Made by a program: the position numbers and the translations under genes
Shown here: piece by piece, positions 56,372 to 64,000 of the stretch
Position numbering within the stretch: the first letter of the stretch is position 1
Layout: every line of letters starts with the position of its first letter
Assembly: GCF_009914755.1 (NCBI RefSeq)
Contig: NC_060933.1
DNA: 64,000 nt
Origin: the human T2T-CHM13v2.0 reference genome, Homo sapiens
Strand: one strand, 5' to 3'
The notes under the pieces: model-generated
What the model saw: only the letters and a program-made list of their open reading frames with translations
Databases searched by the model: none
What the model was told of the DNA's origin: nothing

Positions 56372-57062
56372 TTAAGAATGGCCAGGATACATTTTTGTTT
56401 GCATTTATGAATCAAGCAATTTCAAGCAAAACTTATCCCTGCCAAATACTATAAGATGTCAAAATTTGGCATAGGGGTTACAAAACTATAAACCCAGCTC
56501 AAAACAGAATGATCTATGTTTTTGCTTGTATAATTTTTAATAAAACATTAATATTGGTTTAATGACAATAACTACATCTTGAATTATTTAGTAAATTACC
56601 ATAACTTCTAATCTTGTGCCTTTAGGCAGACTAGTCCGTGGGCCTTAAGGAGCTTTGTTTTGGGAAAGGACTGTTACTATCTTTGTTTCAAACCTAAACT
56701 ATAAACTAACTTCCTCCCAAAGTCCGGGAATGAACAAGGACAGTTTGGAGATTAGAAGCAGGATGGAGTCAGCTAGGTCATATCTTTTTCACTGTCTCAG
56801 TTATAATTTTGCAATGGTGATTTCATAACTTTAAATCATGTCTATTGTAGTTTTCATAAATAATCTAAGTAAACAATTAAAATAATTAGGTGAATGTAAT
56901 GGGCTGAATACTTGTAAACAAACTTGTCATAATTTAGAATCTTAAGTTATATTAAATTAAATAATAGGCCAGGTGCAGTGGCTCACGCTTGTAATCCCAG
57001 CACTCTGGGAGGCCAAGGTGAGTGGATCACCTGAGCTCAGGAGTTAGAGACCAGCCTGGCTA

Positions 57063-57392
<330 letters not shown>

Positions 57393-58247
57393 TTAAAGGC
57401 TATGTATAGAACAAGGTAAAAGGAACCAGGAAATAAAAGAGATACAAAGAAAGTTATAAAAATAAAAAGGTGTTTTGTTTTTATTTTTGTTTTCGTTTTT
57501 TTTTTTTTTGTAAGAAAGCTTAAAGATAAATGATTTCATTGAGAAAGAATCTTGTATGGTAAATTTAGTCCTAAAATAAAATGACTGGTTGTTTAAGGAG
57601 GGATGTTCAGGACAACCCAGAAAGTACAAGCATGTCATGAATAGTCAGTGTAAGTCACAATAAGAGGATTTATATTAAAAAAAAACACAAAAACTTTTAT
57701 ATGTTCAAGTTGTCATATTAAGTATTGATTTGCTTGGAAAAAAAAACCTAAGAAAAAAATTTTTTTTAAAAAATTAAGGTTATTACATCCATGTATCTTC
57801 CTGTATGTGTTTTTAAAGTCCTTGTGACATTGGGTTACAGGGCTTTGATTCCTGGGCCTAAAAAGGGCATTAAGTCCTGCTAAATCTTAAACAGACAGCA
57901 ATTAAAGCCTCATCTTCATGCCCTGTAGAAGATGCCAATCAAAATAAACTGCATTCCTAACACACAGGGTAAGAAATTAAGGCTATTCAACTCAAGGCCC
58001 AAGGACTATCACAGAAGAGGTGGGCACGTAAGATTCTAAGGGCCAATTTTGAAAGATGAAATAATTTCCGTTTCTCTATAAATTAATCATTAACATCAAA
58101 GGCACACTGATGCAAGACTAGTGTATGGGCCACTGTGTCAGATTAACAAGGTTTTCTTAAAGCATTAACTGACTCCTTAATAATGGTTAAAAGGTTATAA
58201 AAGGCTTATGGAAGCTATATCTTATGGTCAAAGTTAAAATTTTATAG

Positions 58248-58593
<346 letters not shown>

Positions 58594-59696
58594 TCATTCA
58601 ATTTTTTATTAGGGCTTATTGTTTGGAAAATTAAATCTCCTCTCTTGAAGAATGAACATTTTCAGCTTTAAAAAAAAAATCCTTGGGTTATCACTTTGGT
58701 TAATTGAATGACTTATGTTACAATAACTTGTAATCCTATTTTTTTTCTTTTATTATTATTATACTTGTTATCCTATTTTGTAATAGCAAGTGTTTAAAAC
58801 CTTTGATATTTGATGCAGTTTCCAAAATCAAATTGTAAATTATGTTTTTTTCTGACCTAATTAATCCTTTAAGATATTAGTTCCCTAAAGTCTAAATATG
58901 ACATAATTTGGCTTATTTGGTACAAAAATTATACAGGAAACATTGTCAAATATGAAAGGGTGTTTGGTTTTCTTTGGGCTGTATTTGTATAAATATGTTA
59001 TTGATATGTGTTCCAAAATTATGGGAAAATCCCATAATTCTGATATAACTTAGTGTATATTATCAGTAATAATTATAATTATTATGTTGAATTATTATAT
59101 GCCATGAGGTAACAAATTTCCTTGTCAATTCTGTTTTTGACAATGGCTGCCCAAAACCCTTCTGTCATTCATGGACAATTGTTGTCTTGTTTTGGTCCTC
59201 TTTAGAAGGTGTTTCTGTAATCAGCCATAGAACTCTAACAGGAGTTCTTAAATGCAGGTTTCTGATAACTTTGGAGATTGTGACATTAGAATAGAGGGAA
59301 AAAAACCTTTTAAGACTGTCATGGATGGAGATCTAAAATGTTAACGAATAGCAAGCAGAACACGAGTTAATTGCATAAACTGAACTGATAAAAAACTAAT
59401 CTTTTTAACTTTTGCTTTAAATGTTGCTAATCCTTTGTTTTGTTTTTTAGAGACTTGGAACTTTTCTTTTGAGCTATTAACAGCTTTTAACAATTTAGTG
59501 TATTCCTGTGAACAAAATTTGGAGCATATATATTTCTCTCTACCTGATTTCTCCAGAATTTGGAAACTATTTGTGAGTATTCTTAACTTATGGCAATGCA
59601 GTTATTTGTATAAGTACAATAAGAATCTGTTTTCGGCCAGGCACGGTGGCTCACACCTGTAATCCCAGCACTTTGGGAGGCCGAGATGGGCTATCA

Positions 59697-59936
<240 letters not shown>

Positions 59937-61356
59937 TCATTTGTAACAGGATGCAATGGGAGGAACTGGTTATTTTACCAAGGCTTTGACTGGAATGGTA
60001 TGCTTTCCTTTAAGGAATTAAACTTGACTTATGGAGCAAATAAAGCCCCATGGTGAAACTGGCCCTACACCTTCCCTATACAGGGTTCCTAACCTGCGGT
60101 AAGTAAACTTTGTCACTTTCTAACAGGCCAGGGAGCCCCAAGTTTATCTTGGAACCTCAAGAGGAGAGGATCACTGAACTCATAGGTATTTGATGGCACA
60201 AATCCATGGCTGGGCTCAGCTTCAAAAAAAGTCTTATCTGAGTTTCCTTCTACAAAACAAAGCTCCATCAAAGCCAATTAAAAAAAAACAAGCCTACGTG
60301 AAAAATAATTATTCTTGCTGCATTTTATACAAATAATCTGGCCAAGTATAATAAAGCAAATCAGTCCTATCATAATTTGTCCTTAGTAAAATTAGAAAAT
60401 GAGAGAGAGAAAAATTATGTTTCAAAAACTATAATACATCTGTTGTTAGAGTCTAGTCTTGCCTGATGTTTTTCAATTTTTATAATTTTCTACAGTATGG
60501 GCTGAATTCTAATTTTTTCTTCAAAATTTCTACAAATCTTCAAAATAATGTTTTCAATTTTTCTTGTTTTTTCCTTCTTTTTTCCCCATTTTTTTTTCTA
60601 ATTTGGAGTCACTGAAAACTAAGCTGTGCTTTCTTAAAGCCCTGCAAACTGAAACTAGACAACTTAAACCTCAGAAGAAAATAACAACTGACTTACATAC
60701 ATAAGCCTGTTTCATATCTGCCTACTGATGTATAGACTTTAGAGTAATATGACCTATATTGATTTTGCACGATTGCTCTTTTTCTCCCTTTCTCTCCCTA
60801 TTTTCTTTTCACAGGATATGAGGCTTCAAAACCTGCCAAAAATGAGCTTCTGGGATCTACCTGTCTAGAAATAAACTATCCTATCCAGAAGAAACCTAAG
60901 AGCAGATACTCATTTTCTTCTAAAATGCTTTCTCCAAAAGATTTTTGAAAAGTGGGGAAATGTGAAAGGAAAATATCTTGGGTGCCCAAAATCACTAAGC
61001 TAAAGGAAAAATTCTAGTTGGGAACTGCTCAGGGCAAATCCGCCTCCCGTTCTGTTCAAAGTCATCCCTCTGCTCACTGAAATAGATATGTATTCTGATC
61101 ACCTCCTTTGGAAAGGCTCATCAGAAACTCAAAAGAATGCAACCGTTTTTCTCTCATCTGCCTGTGATCTGGAAGCCCTCTCCCTGCTTTGAGTTTTCCT
61201 CACCTTTCTGGACAGAACCAATGGACTTCTTACACATATTGATTGATATCTCATGTCTCCCTACAATATATAAAACCAAGCTGTGCCCTGACCACCTTGG
61301 GCACATGTCATCAGGACTTCCTCAGGCTCTGTCAGGGGCACATTATTATGTAGGTA

Positions 61357-61440
61357 GTTACATAACAAGAGAGGAAACAAATTTCAAAGTTATATAACAA
61401 GAGAGGAAACAAATTTATATAACAAGAGAGGAAACAATTT
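61357..61440. repeat. Triplicated ~23-28 bp motif ataacaagagaggaaacaa(a)ttt
   Basis: Copies at about 61357, 61389 and 61417. Confidence 0.9.
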
Positions 61441-61459
61441 AAAAATTGATAACATTCCA

Positions 61460-64000
<2,541 letters not shown>

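Noticed and set aside
61357-61440. Short direct repeats resembling a CRISPR array (also 21998-22122)
   Set aside because: No unique spacers of regular length, no cas genes, human context.

Overview
Human genomic DNA recognisable as chromosome 9p13.3. Four intact multi-exon genes lie head-to-tail on the minus strand: FANCG (14 coding exons, 622 aa), PIGO (10 coding exons, 1089 aa), STOML2 (10 exons, 356 aa) and ATOSB/FAM214B (7 coding exons, 538 aa). All exon boundaries were traced by hand from GT/AG sites, and the exon lengths sum to complete reading frames. By known gene order, the left edge is the VCP promoter region. The FANCG-PIGO spacer is an Alu-fragmented old L1. The right third (about 44-64 kb) is gene-free and repeat-dense: Alus, LTR7- and LTR8-family solo LTRs, a fragmented hAT transposase fossil and a MER4-type provirus with a truncated 3' LTR. 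I found no evidence for a new multi-gene system. The most interesting signals are RNA-processing and regulatory features. These are an in-frame exitron in PIGO, a PIGO poly(A) signal duplicated by an Alu target-site duplication, an intronic stop plus AATAAA next to an ATOSB splice donor, an in-frame uORF before ATOSB, a perfect 18-bp hairpin, an intron-to-intron duplication in FANCG, an RFX X-box cluster and a tRNA-Glu-like Pol III cassette inside an ERV. Repeat boundaries are by eye and approximate.
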